64,000 nt of DNA from Eledone cirrhosa (lineage: Eukaryota), in contig OZ024741.1 of NCBI GenBank assembly GCA_964016885.1, forward strand, positions 362,080,001 to 362,144,000, read 5' to 3'. The stretch's first letter is position 1. Each line of letters starts with the position of its first letter. The notes under the pieces were generated by a model. It was not told the DNA's origin and ran no database searches. It saw only the letters and a list, made by a program, of their open reading frames with translations. Both the position numbers and the translations under genes were made by a program. Below, one piece after another: positions 1-12,349 of the stretch.

Positions 1-97
1 ATAAAACCTTTTTTGTACAGCCGACCATGTTATTCTTCAATCTTTCACTATATATATATATATATAGAAGTGGTTACACAACAGTTAGTTCACCATA

Positions 98-137
98 CCG
101 AGAACAATTGTTTCACCTTAGCGGATCTTCAGCTCGG
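98..137 (-). ncRNA. Minimal type I hammerhead ribozyme in a short insert between (TA)n tracts
   Basis: Minus strand reads CCGAG-CTGAAGA-tccgctaaggt-GAAA-CAATTG-TT-CTCGG: 5-bp stem I, CUGANGA/GAAA core, palindromic stem III (ACAATTGT). Stem II is weak, with its first pair mismatched. Confidence 0.65.
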
Positions 138-243
138 GATATATATATATAACGAAGGAATTGTAGTAAGGAATCAGATGGACCATAACGCACCAGAGTA
201 CTTAATACTTAGGGTAGTAGAGTGGGAAATAGGAAAAAGTATG

Positions 244-339
244 ACCCCGACGGCAGAGCTCAAGCCGTTTCGACGGCTATTTCTGGACTAAATTAGAATT
301 TTTAGCCTGATGAATAAATAGCCGAACTTGTCAAGGGGT
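244..339 (-). ncRNA. Type I hammerhead ribozyme with U3-A8 variant core and extended stem II
   Basis: Minus strand: ACCCC-TTGACAA-gttCGGCTATTT...AAATAGCCGtc-GAAA-CGGC-ttgagctct-GCCG-TC-GGGGT. Stems I, II and III all pair; GUC cleavage triplet. Confidence 0.7.
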
Positions 340-938
340 ACTTCCTTATATGGGAAGATTGTAGTTGTCAAGAGGATTGGTTAAAATTTGTTGTAAACAC
401 AAATAAGTCTATCATGGCATTTGGTGGGAGGTAGGGGTGGCTGAACTTGCCTCTAGAACAATAGGGGAGTGGGTGGAGCCGGTCAAGCGTTGTAAGTGAT
501 ATGTATACAGCAGATTCTAAGGATAGTGTATGAAATGGAGGAGGGAGGTTATAGAATAGGTAATTCGAATGAGAGTAGGAGACAATAAAAGATAATAAAA
601 AGAAAAAAATATATATATATAAAATTAGATAGTGAGAAATGAATTTAAAAAAATCACAATGCTATCTTACAATTACAGGTTAATAAGTTGAGAATAGAAA
701 AAAATTGTAGAAATTGAGTAGTAACAAAAATGATACAAAAATAAATGGGTCTAACACATCTGCTATAAATAGTTAGTAAAACGTATTCGGCCAATTCTAT
801 TAAAATTACCTCGAAAATGATCTGTACTACCCATACAGGAAACCAAACGACAACCTGCACTACATCCACCGCCGCTCTAACCATCATAGAAACATCACCA
901 ATAACCTGGTTAAAAACATTTCCCTCCGCATATCTCGT

Positions 939-1703
939 TTGTCCGCTAATGAGCAGATATTCGACGAACATGCGCCTCATTACAACCAAGCCCTCAAGCG
1001 GAGTGGCTTCCGGGAGGGAATATCATTTTATCCAGCTTCCCTTGGCGGAACCACCAGGCGACACCGCCGCTCGCGCAACGTATCGTGGTTCAATCCTCCC
1101 CATAATGCCGAGGTGGCAACAGCTATCGGGAAAATCTTCTTTAGGCTCCTCGAAAAACACTTCCCACTACAACACCGCTACCACAACATAATCAACAAAA
1201 ACACCATCAAACTCTCCTACAGCACCACACCTAACTTCGCACAAAACGTCGTCTCCTCAAACAACAAAAAACTCAACCCGTATGGAAGAAACAACCTAGA
1301 CATCAGTGGAGAGCTGACCAGAAGGTGTAACTGCCCTGATAGATCTACGTGCCCCCTCAACAACAACTGCCGAGAACGTAACGTTATCTACCAGTGCGAC
1401 GTGAGGACGGACACGTCCAACAAAGCTTATATAGGATTAACCGCTAGTGACTTCAAGACCAGGCTCTACCAACACCGACATACTTTCCGAAACCCGGTCC
1501 GGCGACATGCCACTACACTTTCGGGCCACATCTGGGACCTCCAAGATAATAATATAACCTACAATCTCACTTGGAGCTTACTGTCCAGAGCTAACTCTTA
1601 CACGGGAGGACGCCGTCCGTGTAACTTATGCTCGGAGGAAACATTACAAATGCTGTTTTCGAAGGACCAACTCCTAAACAAGAAAGTCATCAGTATACTC
1701 TAA
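939..1703 (+). pseudogene. PLE polyprotein C-terminal fragment with GIY-YIG endonuclease
   Basis: GIY-YIG motifs NVIYQC...AYIGLT. The C-terminus is cut by a 19-bp tandem duplication (aaagtcatcagtatactct x2, ~1683-1720). Confidence 0.85.
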
Positions 1704-1878
1704 AGTCATCAGTATACTCTATGTCTTACTTAGATTGATGTTGTGATTATTTTAACTATTTACGGTCTAGCTAATTTATTGTGGTATTGCTGATATTGTT
1801 GGTATTGTTATTATTGTTCTGATTTAATGCCACTACTATATATAGAAGCCATGGCTGTGTATTCCCTTCATTCTCGCA

Positions 1879-1986
1879 TGCTCTGATGAATTGACTGGTT
1901 ATAACAAAGTATTGGTGATCGATTGACGCAAAAACAGGCGGGTAGCGATCTCTAGACCTACCAGATCAGAGAAACAATTGTCAGCA
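1879..1986 (+). ncRNA. Type I hammerhead ribozyme with long stem II, in PLE 3' region
   Basis: TGCT-CTGATGA-attgaCTGGT...ACCAGatcaga-GAAA-CAATTG-TC-AGCA; palindromic stem III; same strand as the PLE ORF. Confidence 0.7.
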
Positions 1987-2213
1987 CTGTGAATAAAGCC
2001 CTTATTGTATAGCAAACCATGTCACTCTTCTTTCTTGATTTATTATTACTCCAAGTGTAAACTACATAGAAATCACCGCGTACTCGCAGCATCACTATGG
2101 AAACGTTTTGTTGAGTCAAATTTAGCCAAACGTTAGTACTATCCACTACTCGGAGTACCCTAACTGGACTACATCTAAGTGGACTACCTATAACAATAAT
2201 TTGTTATCCCGTA

Positions 2214-2355
<142 letters not shown>

Positions 2356-2372
2356 ATATATACATACATATA

Positions 2373-3251
2373 TGAGGTGTGTCAGAAAAATTCCAGGACT
2401 GATGTCACAAAAGATTTATTTTAAACCCAAACTTCACACTAAGAGTTTTCTCCTTCAAAGCAATCCCCCTGGAGTATGTAACTGTAATCTTAGCTCTGCA
2501 GCGATCAAACTTTTTTCTTCATAATTTTATATACATGTCCTCTGTTTCAGGTCGTCAAGCAATGAGCACAGAGCAACGAACAAACTTGAAGTTTCTGGTA
2601 CGGTTGGGGAAAACTCCGTCAGAAGCACTGGGATTGCTGCAGCAAGTGTATGGAGATGAGCCGATGTCACGCTCACGTGTTTTTGAGTGGTGCAAGATGA
2701 CCCCAGGAGCGGAAGGCCCTCAACAACCAGGACTGAGGTCAACGTTGAGCGCGTCAGGCAGATGGTGCGTAGCGATCGTCGGCTGACTGTTCTACTGATG
2801 GCAAATGAGCTGGGCATGAATCGGGACAGCGCCTGGAAGATTCTCAGTGAAGATTTGGACATGCGGAAAGTCTGCGCGAAGATGGTGCCAAAACTGCTGA
2901 ACGATGACCAGAAGGGTCAACGCATGCAAGTGTTCCAGGACATCCTCGAGCGTCTTGAAATCGAACCAGACTTGCTAGGGACAGTCATCACCGGTGATGA
3001 GTCATGGATCTTTGAGTACGACCCGGAGGGGACCCGTTTTGAAGACGTGGACGACATCAAAAAGGCTGTGACGACGGAACTGCGGAGGATCCCGGAAGAA
3101 TCCTTCCAGGAGTGCAAGCGTGGCAGAAAAGGATGAAAAAGTAAATTCGACTCCAGGGGGATTACTTTGAAGGAGAAAACTCTTAGTGTGAAGTTTGGGT
3201 TTGAAATAAATCTTTTGTGACATCAGTGCTGGAACTTTTCTGACACACCTC

Positions 3252-3252
<1 letters not shown>
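2373..3252 (+). mobile_element. Internally deleted mariner element with 103-bp inverted ends and TA target duplication
   Basis: Inverted ends 2373-2475 and 3150-3252, flanked by TA. Frameshifted transposase shows an HTH (EQRTNLKFLVRLGK), DDPRSGRP, KVCAKMVPK, TGDESW and C-terminal GDYFEG; the middle of the catalytic domain is missing. Confidence 0.9.
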
Positions 3253-3336
<84 letters not shown>

Positions 3337-3540
3337 GGAAGGGTATGTAGGAGGCGATTGTGTTGGCGTGTGGATGTGGATGTGGATGAGTGTGTGTGTA
3401 CAGATTTGCACAGTCGGTGTGTTTTACTCATGAAAACATGTTGTTCTCATATATTAATTCATATGTACTTAGCTTGATAGGATCATTAATTTAAAGCTAT
3501 AAGTAGCAGCAGCAGTAGCAGCAGCAGTAGCAGCAGCAGC

Positions 3541-3604
<64 letters not shown>

Positions 3605-3813
3605 TGTCTCGTGCTAAATATAGTGAGAGTAAAATGAAGTGAGTTGTCTTCGCTAATTGAAGATAAAAAGTGTGTTCAAATCTAAACACATACGCACACA
3701 AACACGAACGCACTCTCATACGCACACACGTACATATGCACATTCTCACACATACACACGCACACACACACAGACACACACACAGACACACACACACACA
3801 GACACACACACAG

Positions 3814-3846
<33 letters not shown>

Positions 3847-4017
3847 CACATACATATATACACGCACACGCGCAGACACACGTGCACACACACATACACA
3901 CGCACATGTGTTGAACCTCCATTGATTTCCGTTAAGGCTTATTCGTGAATTAACGTGTAAGTTTGCATAATGTTTTTACCTGATGCTTGATAATGTCAAC
4001 TAGGACAATATAATACT

Positions 4018-4050
<33 letters not shown>

Positions 4051-4051
<1 letters not shown>

Positions 4052-5870
4052 AAATAAACTAAAATAAATAAGTCAAATATTTAAAATTTGGCTTCGTTTA
4101 TTACTGCTATATATATATTTCAGTCACAGCCATCTTTGGCTGTTACCTCTTCAGGCAGTCCGAATTAGTGTGGTAGAGACGAGTACACATGTTGTTGAGG
4201 TGTTTAACTTTGTCAATACTCTGATATGCCCAGTTCCTGGTTGGGTTGTTATTTCACTGAGGAACTGGAATCATATGAATTTAAACAAACGAATTTCAGC
4301 GTCAAAGGACATCCTCGCCTCCCATTGGTCAGTTATGAGAATATTTCTGTCAAAAGTCTATAGAAATTCTTTCTGAGGCGAGGCAATCTGTAGTGGTTGT
4401 TCTTGTTATTGTTAAGTACATCTGACCTTTACTCTTATGTTGGTAGTGGTGTTGGTGTTGGAGTCAGCTTAATTCTAGCTGCTGATGATTTTAGATGGAT
4501 CTGTGTGTGTGTGTTGGCATCTATCCTGCCACTATTTCTCGTGGTGGTGGTGGTGGAGGGTGCCAATCATATGAAGAAATAAAAGGCAGTAAAATGAAGA
4601 AAATAGAAAATAAATGAAAAATAAAAAAATGAAGATTCAAATAAAATGTGTGTGTGTTATAACCAATCTCAAAGTTAGAAAGATGTTGGCCAAATTAGAA
4701 AGGCTGTGTCAGAATCAATCTCTAGGCTATCATGGTATCTGCTCAGCCTGGATGGGTCCTTATGGCTTGAGGAGAGTTCCCAACCTATGGTGTTGTTACT
4801 GTCCATATAGCTTGTGGGAGGTCAGGCCCAGAGGTGTCTACATGTTCTGGAGAAGTCCCTATAGCTTGAGGGGAGTTCACATCTCAGTGTGTTGTTACTG
4901 TCCATATAGCTTGAGGAAGGTCCCAGCCCTGAGGTGTCTACATGTCCAGAAGAAGTCGGTTCTGAGGTTTATCAGGCGGCTTCCACCACTTAGTATCTCG
5001 AGGGTCTCGCTCAGACATAGTTTGCATATGCCAGATCCCCCTTTATCGGGTGGTACTTTCCTGATTATGGACCAGGCCAGAGAGTACGGGTCCTGTCCAG
5101 CTTAAGTACTAGATCAGGTCGGAAAGAGCCGTACTTTTCCTTTTGACCTCCTTATTGAAGGAATGGCGATGATTATACCAACGGTCTTTAAAGCTCGTTG
5201 ATGTGGCTCCTATGTAGAGGTGTTCGGAGTTGGGGGTTTTTACTCTACATCCGTATATTAGGTTCTTCCTAAGGCATTCATTACTAAGGGGGCATGATTC
5301 GGAGTTTCTGCAGTTGCAGAGGGTGGTCGACCTCTGTGTGCCTAGTGTGGGGTTCCCGTTACGTGTTACATGGTGGTCTTCCGCCGGGCCCGGATCTGTT
5401 TGAGTTTCTTGGGTGGGCACTGGGTGCACCCTTCTCTCCTTCCACATGGTTCTGCTGGGTGCTTATATTGCCAGCTTCTGGTTGTGTGTGGTTTTTAAGC
5501 CTACTCCTGTTGATGCTAGCTATGTGTTGGGCCAGATTTCTCGTGGTGGAATACGAGAGCTTCACATTGTGTCTGTTGAAGATCTGGTGGTATCTATGGT
5601 CCCTCGGGAAGCATTTATCAAGTGCTCCAAAGAATGATCGGGCCAAGCTGTTCTTTAGGGCCGCTGAGTAGGGTGGGTTGTACCACGTGATTTTTCTGCG
5701 TCTACTCCTATATGGGTGGGTTGAGGCGTCGTGAGTTTTTGGAGAGTTGTTGGGTTACTAGTGGTTCCAGCATTGTTGCTTCCCCTTTGGGCGCTATGCG
5801 TTTTGCTATCTTCTCGGCCCGAATCTGTGGGGTGGTTGTTGCCCGTGCTGGGAGATCCACGATGGGGTGG
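4051..5870 (-). mobile_element. 5'-truncated Penelope-like retroelement (second family) with GIY-YIG and 3' HHR
   Basis: Frameshifted minus-strand ORFs: KITWYNPP, KCFPRDHRYHQIFN..VKLSYSTT, CNC...CPL..EC, LIY...YIGAT..FKDRWYNH. HHR at 4103-4159; flanked by (TA)n. Confidence 0.85.
4103..4159 (-). ncRNA. Minimal type I hammerhead ribozyme in PLE pLTR
   Basis: Minus strand ACTGC-CTGAAGA-ggtaACAGCCaaagatGGCTGTgact-GAAA-(TA)n-TA-GCAGT; stem III is a (UA)n palindrome. Confidence 0.75.
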
Positions 5871-6329
5871 TATATATATATACACACACACAACAAAAAA
5901 GCCGTTTATTATACCCACGAATAATGTTATGAAACAGTTATTATCAAAATTAGGGAATCCCTTTATTTAACAGGAATTGAAACTTAACAAAATTGTTGGA
6001 CAATACTTTGATTGCGGGTCTAATGAACCTTGTTCTAAGAGGTTTGGTAACAGTTGACTGAGAGAAATAGAGAAATAGAAAATTTATATGGATTACAGTT
6101 CACTGTACAGATAAAGAAAAATGACACGGAGGCATAGAAAAGGTAGGAAAGGGGAATAGAAGAAGACAGATCAGGTTGTGTAACGGTCTAAGACTTTCGA
6201 ATACGATTCCAATATATATATATATATATATAGATTTTGAGTTTATGTTGGTTGTATACCAACACCTCAGTATGCAGGCTGGAGCACTCGACGAAGTGCG
6301 CAGGTTGGTTTGGTTACTCCGGAGTAGTG

Positions 6330-6774
6330 TAAAATAAAGTTAAATAAAAGTCAAATGATTAAAATTTAGCTTCGTTTATTACTGCTATATATATTTCAGT
6401 GACAGCCATCTTTGGCTGTGACCTCTTCAGGCAGTTTGAATTAGTATGGTATAGACAAGTACATATGTTGTTTAGGTGTATGATATTGTCAATACTCTGA
6501 TATGCCCAGTTCCTTGCTGGGTTGTTAATTCACTGGGGAACTGGAGTCATACAACATGACTCCAGTTCCCCAGTGAATTAACAACCCAGCAAGGAACTGG
6601 GCATATCAGAGTATTGACAATATCATACACCTAAACAACATATGTACTTGTCTATACCATACTAATTCAAACTGCCTGAAGAGGTCACAGCCAAAGATGG
6701 CTGTCACTGAAATATATATAGCAGTAATAAACGAAGCTAAATTTTAATCATTTGACTTTTATTTAACTTTATTT

Positions 6775-6776
<2 letters not shown>
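6330..6776. repeat. Fold-back palindrome (221-bp arms, 5-nt spacer) made of the PLE pLTR, with two divergent HHRs
   Basis: 6330-6550 is the reverse complement of 6556-6776, spacer ACAAC. The arm is homologous to ~4051-4275. HHRs at 6381-6435 (-) and 6671-6725 (+). Confidence 0.9.
6671..6725 (+). ncRNA. Minimal type I hammerhead ribozyme (mirror copy at 6381-6435, minus strand)
   Basis: ACTGC-CTGAAGA-ggtcACAGCCaaagatGGCTGTcact-GAAA-TATATA-TA-GCAGT. Confidence 0.75.
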
Positions 6777-6831
<55 letters not shown>

Positions 6832-7309
6832 GTTTCTCGGTCTATTTTCATTCATATGTTCATATTCGCAACAACGCAGCACGCCATTTCATTCACAGAT
6901 ATTTTTTCCCCTCGCTGTGGTTCGTATTTTTTCTGCCACCTTACTGCTATCCTCTTTCTCTCTCCCCCTCTCTCTCTTTTACCTCTTGCTTTCTTTCACC
7001 CCCGCTGCTGGTCACACACTCTCGGCTGGCCTCCTCCTCACACTTTCACTCACTCACTCTCTGCTAATCCTCCTCTCTCACTTTCTCCCGTCTGACCTGT
7101 GTGAAATTCTTTCTTCTCTCACTTTTCGCATGTCTCGGACGTGTCTGCCTCTTCTCGTCATTTGATGTGTTCGGACTTAAGTCCACAAGATTCATTGCCT
7201 TGTCTCTCTCTTTTCTCTCTTTACGTTGCATTACTACATGTTGTTTGTTTACCTTCCTCTGTCCCGATAACTCAATTTAGTTATCGCTCGCACTGATTTT
7301 AGGTATCTA

Positions 7310-10300
7310 GTCTTTAATGCAAAGAAATACCAATGATAATCAGCAGACTACTGATGATGGACATTCATGTTTCTCGGTCTATTTTCATTCATATATATAT
7401 ATATATATATACGTTATACAAATAAATGGCAGTTGCATTATTTCGTTCCGCCTTATAACAATTACAGTTGAGAACTGAATTTATGTTTTTATATAGTTTT
7501 GGATTTGTGAAGTCATTAATTTTACCAGCTGATACGTTTGTAAATTGTAGCTTAATATTTATATTGCTATAGTTTAGCCATATTATACTCCTCGGGCATG
7601 ACTTCATAAATCTGAGGTTGCTAGAGGAGTGCTCTGAAGAACATAATGTAACAGGAAAGGTTGCCAGGATAGCGATTTTGTTGAAGACTAGTAATATGAC
7701 ATCAAGATCGTTCTTGCAAGCAGTTTTAACAGTATTTTCTGAAGTTGTTTGTGCACCTAATGGATGTGTATGATCCGTGACAAATTTTGTGTCAATTGCC
7801 TTTTTGTGTTTAGAAGTTCCAGATCAACACAACGTTTTGATGCAAAAGTTGATAGCGCTCAACTGAATCATCTGACATGTTCAATACATAACGCCCAATT
7901 AAATAAGGATTCTATTTTCTTAATAACCTTATACAGCCTGAAATAGGAGGTAGATTGATTCAGTGGCACATTCATTGCTGGACTACCAATCACGGTTTGC
8001 TATCAGTGAGATACCTTTTTCTCCTTGAAACTCTTACTTCTTTGAGTCAGGATCGTGTGTTGTCGATGATTTCTTTCACAGTTTCACCCAACTTTTCAAC
8101 GTATTTCTAAATACTTTCAGTTTTCTTCCTTTCTGCAGTCACTAATAATACTTTTGGCTACTATAGCTATTCTTCTAGTTGTTAAAACATCTACAGTCTT
8201 TCATTGGATGTATTTTCTCAGGCTGTTTGTATTTAACAGTATTATTTACAACACAACTAATCTAATTAAGAAGTTAAAATCATATACATTTTTGGAATGG
8301 TGATCATTTGTCAAGTCAAACAATGCATTTACCATATGAAGTAATTACTCTACTGTGGCTTTTACTTGTTACACTTCTTCTATTCCCTTTCCCTACCTTT
8401 TCTATGCTTCCGTGTCATTTTTCTTTATCTGTACGGTGAACTGTAGTCCATATAAAATGTCTATTTCTCTATTTCTCTCCTTTGGCTAAGCTACCTCACA
8501 CCGTTTCTATCTTTCTCTTCCTTTTCAGTTGATGCATTTTGGTTTGTAGCATTTTGTTTTTCTGTTTTTCGTCATTATGCTATACGCATAATGACAAAAA
8601 GCACACCTCGTCCCGTGACTACCGGTTTTGTTGCATCCCAATATGCACTGGAATGATTAGTATCAACTTTGATGCACTGAAACTATAGTGATTGCTAGAA
8701 GTTAACTCACCAGNNNNNNNNNNNNNNNNNNNNNNNNNNNNNNNNNNNNNNNNNNNNNNNNNNNNNNNNNNNNNNNNNNNNNNNNNNNNNNNNNNNNNNN
8801 NNNNNNNNNNNNNNNNNNNNNNNNNNNNNNNNNNNNNNNNNNNNNNNNNNNNNNNNNNNNNNNNNNNNNNNNNNNNNNNNNNNNNNNNNNNNNNNNNNNN
8901 NNNNNNNNNNNNNGTCTTTAATGCAAAGAAATACCAATGATAATCAGCAGACTACTGATGATGGACATTCATGTTTCTCGGTCTATTTTCATTCATATAT
9001 ATATATATATATACGTTATACAAATAAATGGCATTGCATTATTTCGTTCCGCCTTATAACAATTACAGTTGAGAACTGAATTTATGTTTTTATATAGTTT
9101 TGGATTTGTGAAGTCATTAATTTCTACCAGCTGATACGTTTGTAAATTGTAGCTTAATATTTATATTGCTATAGTTTAGCCATATTATACTCCTCGGGCA
9201 TGACTTCATAAATCTGAGGTTGCTAGAGGAGTGCTCTGAAGAACATAATGTAACAGGAAAGGTTGCCAGGATAGCGATTTTGTTGAAGACTAGTAATATG
9301 ACATCAAGATCGTTCTTGCAAGCAGTTTTAACAGTATTTTCTGAAGTTGTTTGTGCACCTAATGGATGTGTATGATCCGTGACAAATTTTGTGTCAATTG
9401 CCTTTTTGTGTTTAGAAGTTCCAGATCAACACAACGTTTTGATGCAAAAAGTTGATAGCGCTCAACTGAATCATCTGACATGTTCAATACATAACGCCCA
9501 ATTAAATAAGGATTCTATTTTCTTAATAACCTTATACAGCCTGAAATAGGAGGTAGATTGATTCAGTGGCACATTCATTGCTGGACTACCAATCACGGTT
9601 TGCTATCAGTGAGATACCTTTTTCTCCTTGAAACTCTTACTTCTTTGAGTCAGGATCGTGTGTTGTCGATGATTTCTTTCACAGTTTCACCCAACTTTTC
9701 AACGTATTTCTAAATACTTTCAGTTTTCTTCCTTTCTGCAGTCACTAATAATACTTTTGGCTACTATAGCTATTCTTCTAGTTGTTAAAACATCTACAGT
9801 CTTTCATTGGATGTATTTTCTCAGGCTGTTTTTATTTAACAGTATTATTTACAACACAACTAATCTAATTAAGAAGTTAAAATCATATACATTTTTGGAA
9901 TGGTGATCATTTGTCAAGTCAAACAATGCATTTACCATATGAAGTAATTACTCTACTGTGGCTTTTACTTGTTACACTTCTTCTATTCCCTTTCCCTACC
10001 TTTTCTATGCTTCCGTGTCATTTTTCTTTATCTGTACGGTGAACTGTAGTCCATATAAAATGTCTATTTCTCTATTTCTCTCCTTTGGCTAAGCTACCTC
10101 ACACCGTTTCTATCTTTCTCTTCCTTTTCAGTTGATGCATTTTGGTTTGTAGCATTTTGTTTTTCTGTTTTTCGTCATTATGCTATACGCATAATGACGA
10201 AAATCATTATGCTATACGCATAATGACAAAAAGCACACCTCGTCCCGTGACTACCGGTTTTGTTGCATCCCAATATGCACTGGAATGATTAGTATCAACT

Positions 10301-10345
10301 TTGATGCACTGAAACTATAGTGATTGCTAGAAGTTAACTCACCAG
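7310..10345. other. ~1.4-kb near-identical direct duplication flanking a 200-N gap (probable unmerged contig overlap or haplotype)
   Basis: 7310-8713 matches 8914-10345 with only small indels; N run at 8714-8913. Confidence 0.85.
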
Positions 10346-10424
10346 AAGGGACTGTCCGTTTTCCATTTGCCCTGTTGTTTTGTCCAGTGTGCCCTCCCGT
10401 CTTGTATATATAGTATATATATAA

Positions 10425-10972
10425 GGCAAGAGGCTGAATTAAGTGCAAGAATTGCAAAAGCTGGTGCAGCAATGGGCCAGCTTCAGCATTCAATAATCAG
10501 AAGAAGGGAGATAGGCATAAAAGCCAAACTTGTGCCAACCCTTACCTATGGTCATGAATCTTGGGTAATGACCAAAAGAATACGATCGCGAATACAAGTG
10601 GTCGAAATGGGATTCCTCCGAAGGGTCTTTGGAGTAACATTACTCGATAAAGTGCGTAGCTCGGAGAGTAGCCCCAGGTAGAGCCGCTACTTCTCCAAAT
10701 TGAGAGATCACAGCTCCGATACTATGGGCATGTGGTTAGAATGTCTCAGGAAAAATCGCTGGACAGACTTTACAGGTTAAACCAACCGGCAGGAGATCCA
10801 AGGGCAGACCTCGAGCAAGATGGTTTGATGACATCCATGAGCTTGGCTGGTCTCACTTGGGGATCCAGCCGGACAGTTGGAGACGGTTGCTTCTGACAGG
10901 ACTCGATGGAGGGAGTGTTTGAGTACTCTTCCCCCACGACCCTCACACAGGAATAAGTGGGTGAAGAAGAAG

Positions 10973-10975
<3 letters not shown>
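10425..10975 (+). mobile_element. RTE-clade LINE 3' fragment
   Basis: ELSARIAKAGAAMGQL...PTLTYGHESW...RIQVVEMGFLRR; ends in (GAA)n then (TA)n. Confidence 0.8.
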
Positions 10976-11028
<53 letters not shown>

Positions 11029-11281
11029 TTCATTTTTTAATTTGCTTTGCAAGATTTCTTATCTGAAAACGTGTTTTGAAACAGATACTGTTATACTTGG
11101 GAGGGTCATACTACCAATAAAACACATGCACCTGTTGGTTCTCACTTCAATTTATTATATATATATATAAATGACTCTGCAGCTTGAGTAGAATCTTCAA
11201 GAGAACCCTATGCGATGAAAGTCTACTTCAAATACTAAACCACTCACCACCTAATCTCGTTGAAACTATCTCTACACACAT

Positions 11282-11645
11282 TCACACATACATGATGGCT
11301 GCAAACTCTGCCAAGAGTATTGCAATCGCTTGTCAGATTCAGATGTGGGACGCTCGGATATGGGTTTTCAACCCTGCTAGAGACTTGCACTCCTTCACAC
11401 ACTGAGGACAACTATGGATCTCCCTGGCTTGAGGTCCCGCATCAGGTTGCCCGTGAACCCTCACAACACCGTGGAGATCATAGTTCACTGGTTCTCTTTG
11501 AACATGGCTGCGACTGTGGCTCCTGAGACCAGATTTGCTCAAGCAAATTTTTCCACACTCAGGGCACTTCAATTCAATGAAGACACCGATCGTTTCGAGA
11601 GATACACCAGGGCATTGTTTACGCACATCCCGTTTGATCTTCTCA
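11282..11645 (-). mobile_element. RTE-clade LINE 3' end with C2H2 zinc fingers
   Basis: CPECGKICLSKSGLRSHSRSH and CPQCVKECKSLAGLKTHIRASH, followed by a short 3' UTR and an ATGT-type tail. Confidence 0.7.
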
Positions 11646-11853
11646 TACATGCATACTTATATATTTATGTGTGTATGTAAGTGAGCCTGTGTATGAACAT
11701 GTGAATTGTATGTATATATGTATGTTAAGTTTTTCTATATCTACTATTTCTATATGAATATTCATATAAGCCCGGAAAAAAATACGAGGAATCTTAACCT
11801 GTCTAACTAGAAATTTGAATACATACATACACATGTGTACGTGTGTTTGTGAT

Positions 11854-11939
<86 letters not shown>

Positions 11940-12098
11940 GGTATTCACCTGTTTATGGTGGGGCCGATAGCGTTGTTAGAATTTAATGTGGCCTTGAAGA
12001 GCTGGTTTCAACAAGATTAGGTGGTGAGCGCTATAGTTTTTGTAGTAGGCTTTCATCGCATAAGGTTCCCTCGAAGATTCTACTGAAGCTACAGAGTC

Positions 12099-12141
<43 letters not shown>

Positions 12142-12142
<1 letters not shown>

Positions 12143-12347
12143 TGAACAATGAAAATAAAACAAAAGTCCTTAATTAGTTCATTGTTTTACGGTCGTTTCA
12201 GACAGTTTATTGATCATGGTAGATCGATATATTATCAAGTAGGTAATGTTACGTCACTACCCTTTTCTAGTCGATATATTGAAATGATCGTAAAATAATG
12301 CATTAATTAAGAACCTATCTTCGACTTTTGTTTTATTTTCATTGTTC

Positions 12348-12349
<2 letters not shown>
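12142..12349. repeat. Fold-back element with 27-bp perfect outer inverted repeats and mirrored (TG)n/(CA)n flanks
   Basis: ttgaacaatgaaaataaaacaaaagtc ... gacttttgttttattttcattgttcaa. Each arm carries an HHR-like 3' half (GAAA-YGAYCG-TA) pointing outward. Confidence 0.7.

Noticed and set aside
307-330. Plus-strand CTGATGA near 307 as a hammerhead core
   Set aside because: No GAAA or closing stems downstream; the supported ribozyme is on the minus strand (244-339).
7345-7390. HHR-like 3' half (GAAA-CATGAATG-TC, minus strand), partly repeated at 6829
   Set aside because: No 5' core or stem I partner found; too incomplete to call.
7389-7607. Minus-strand ORF with RSIIWLN...CNC, resembling the PLE linker
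   Set aside because: Similarity too weak to support without an HMM search.
7310-10345. Biological tandem duplication or LTR pair
   Set aside because: Copies abut a 200-N scaffold gap exactly; an assembly overlap is more parsimonious.
11339-11650. C2H2 zinc-finger host gene exon (also 29372-29635)
   Set aside because: Context (RTE C-terminal motifs, 3' UTR and microsatellite tail) indicates LINE ends.
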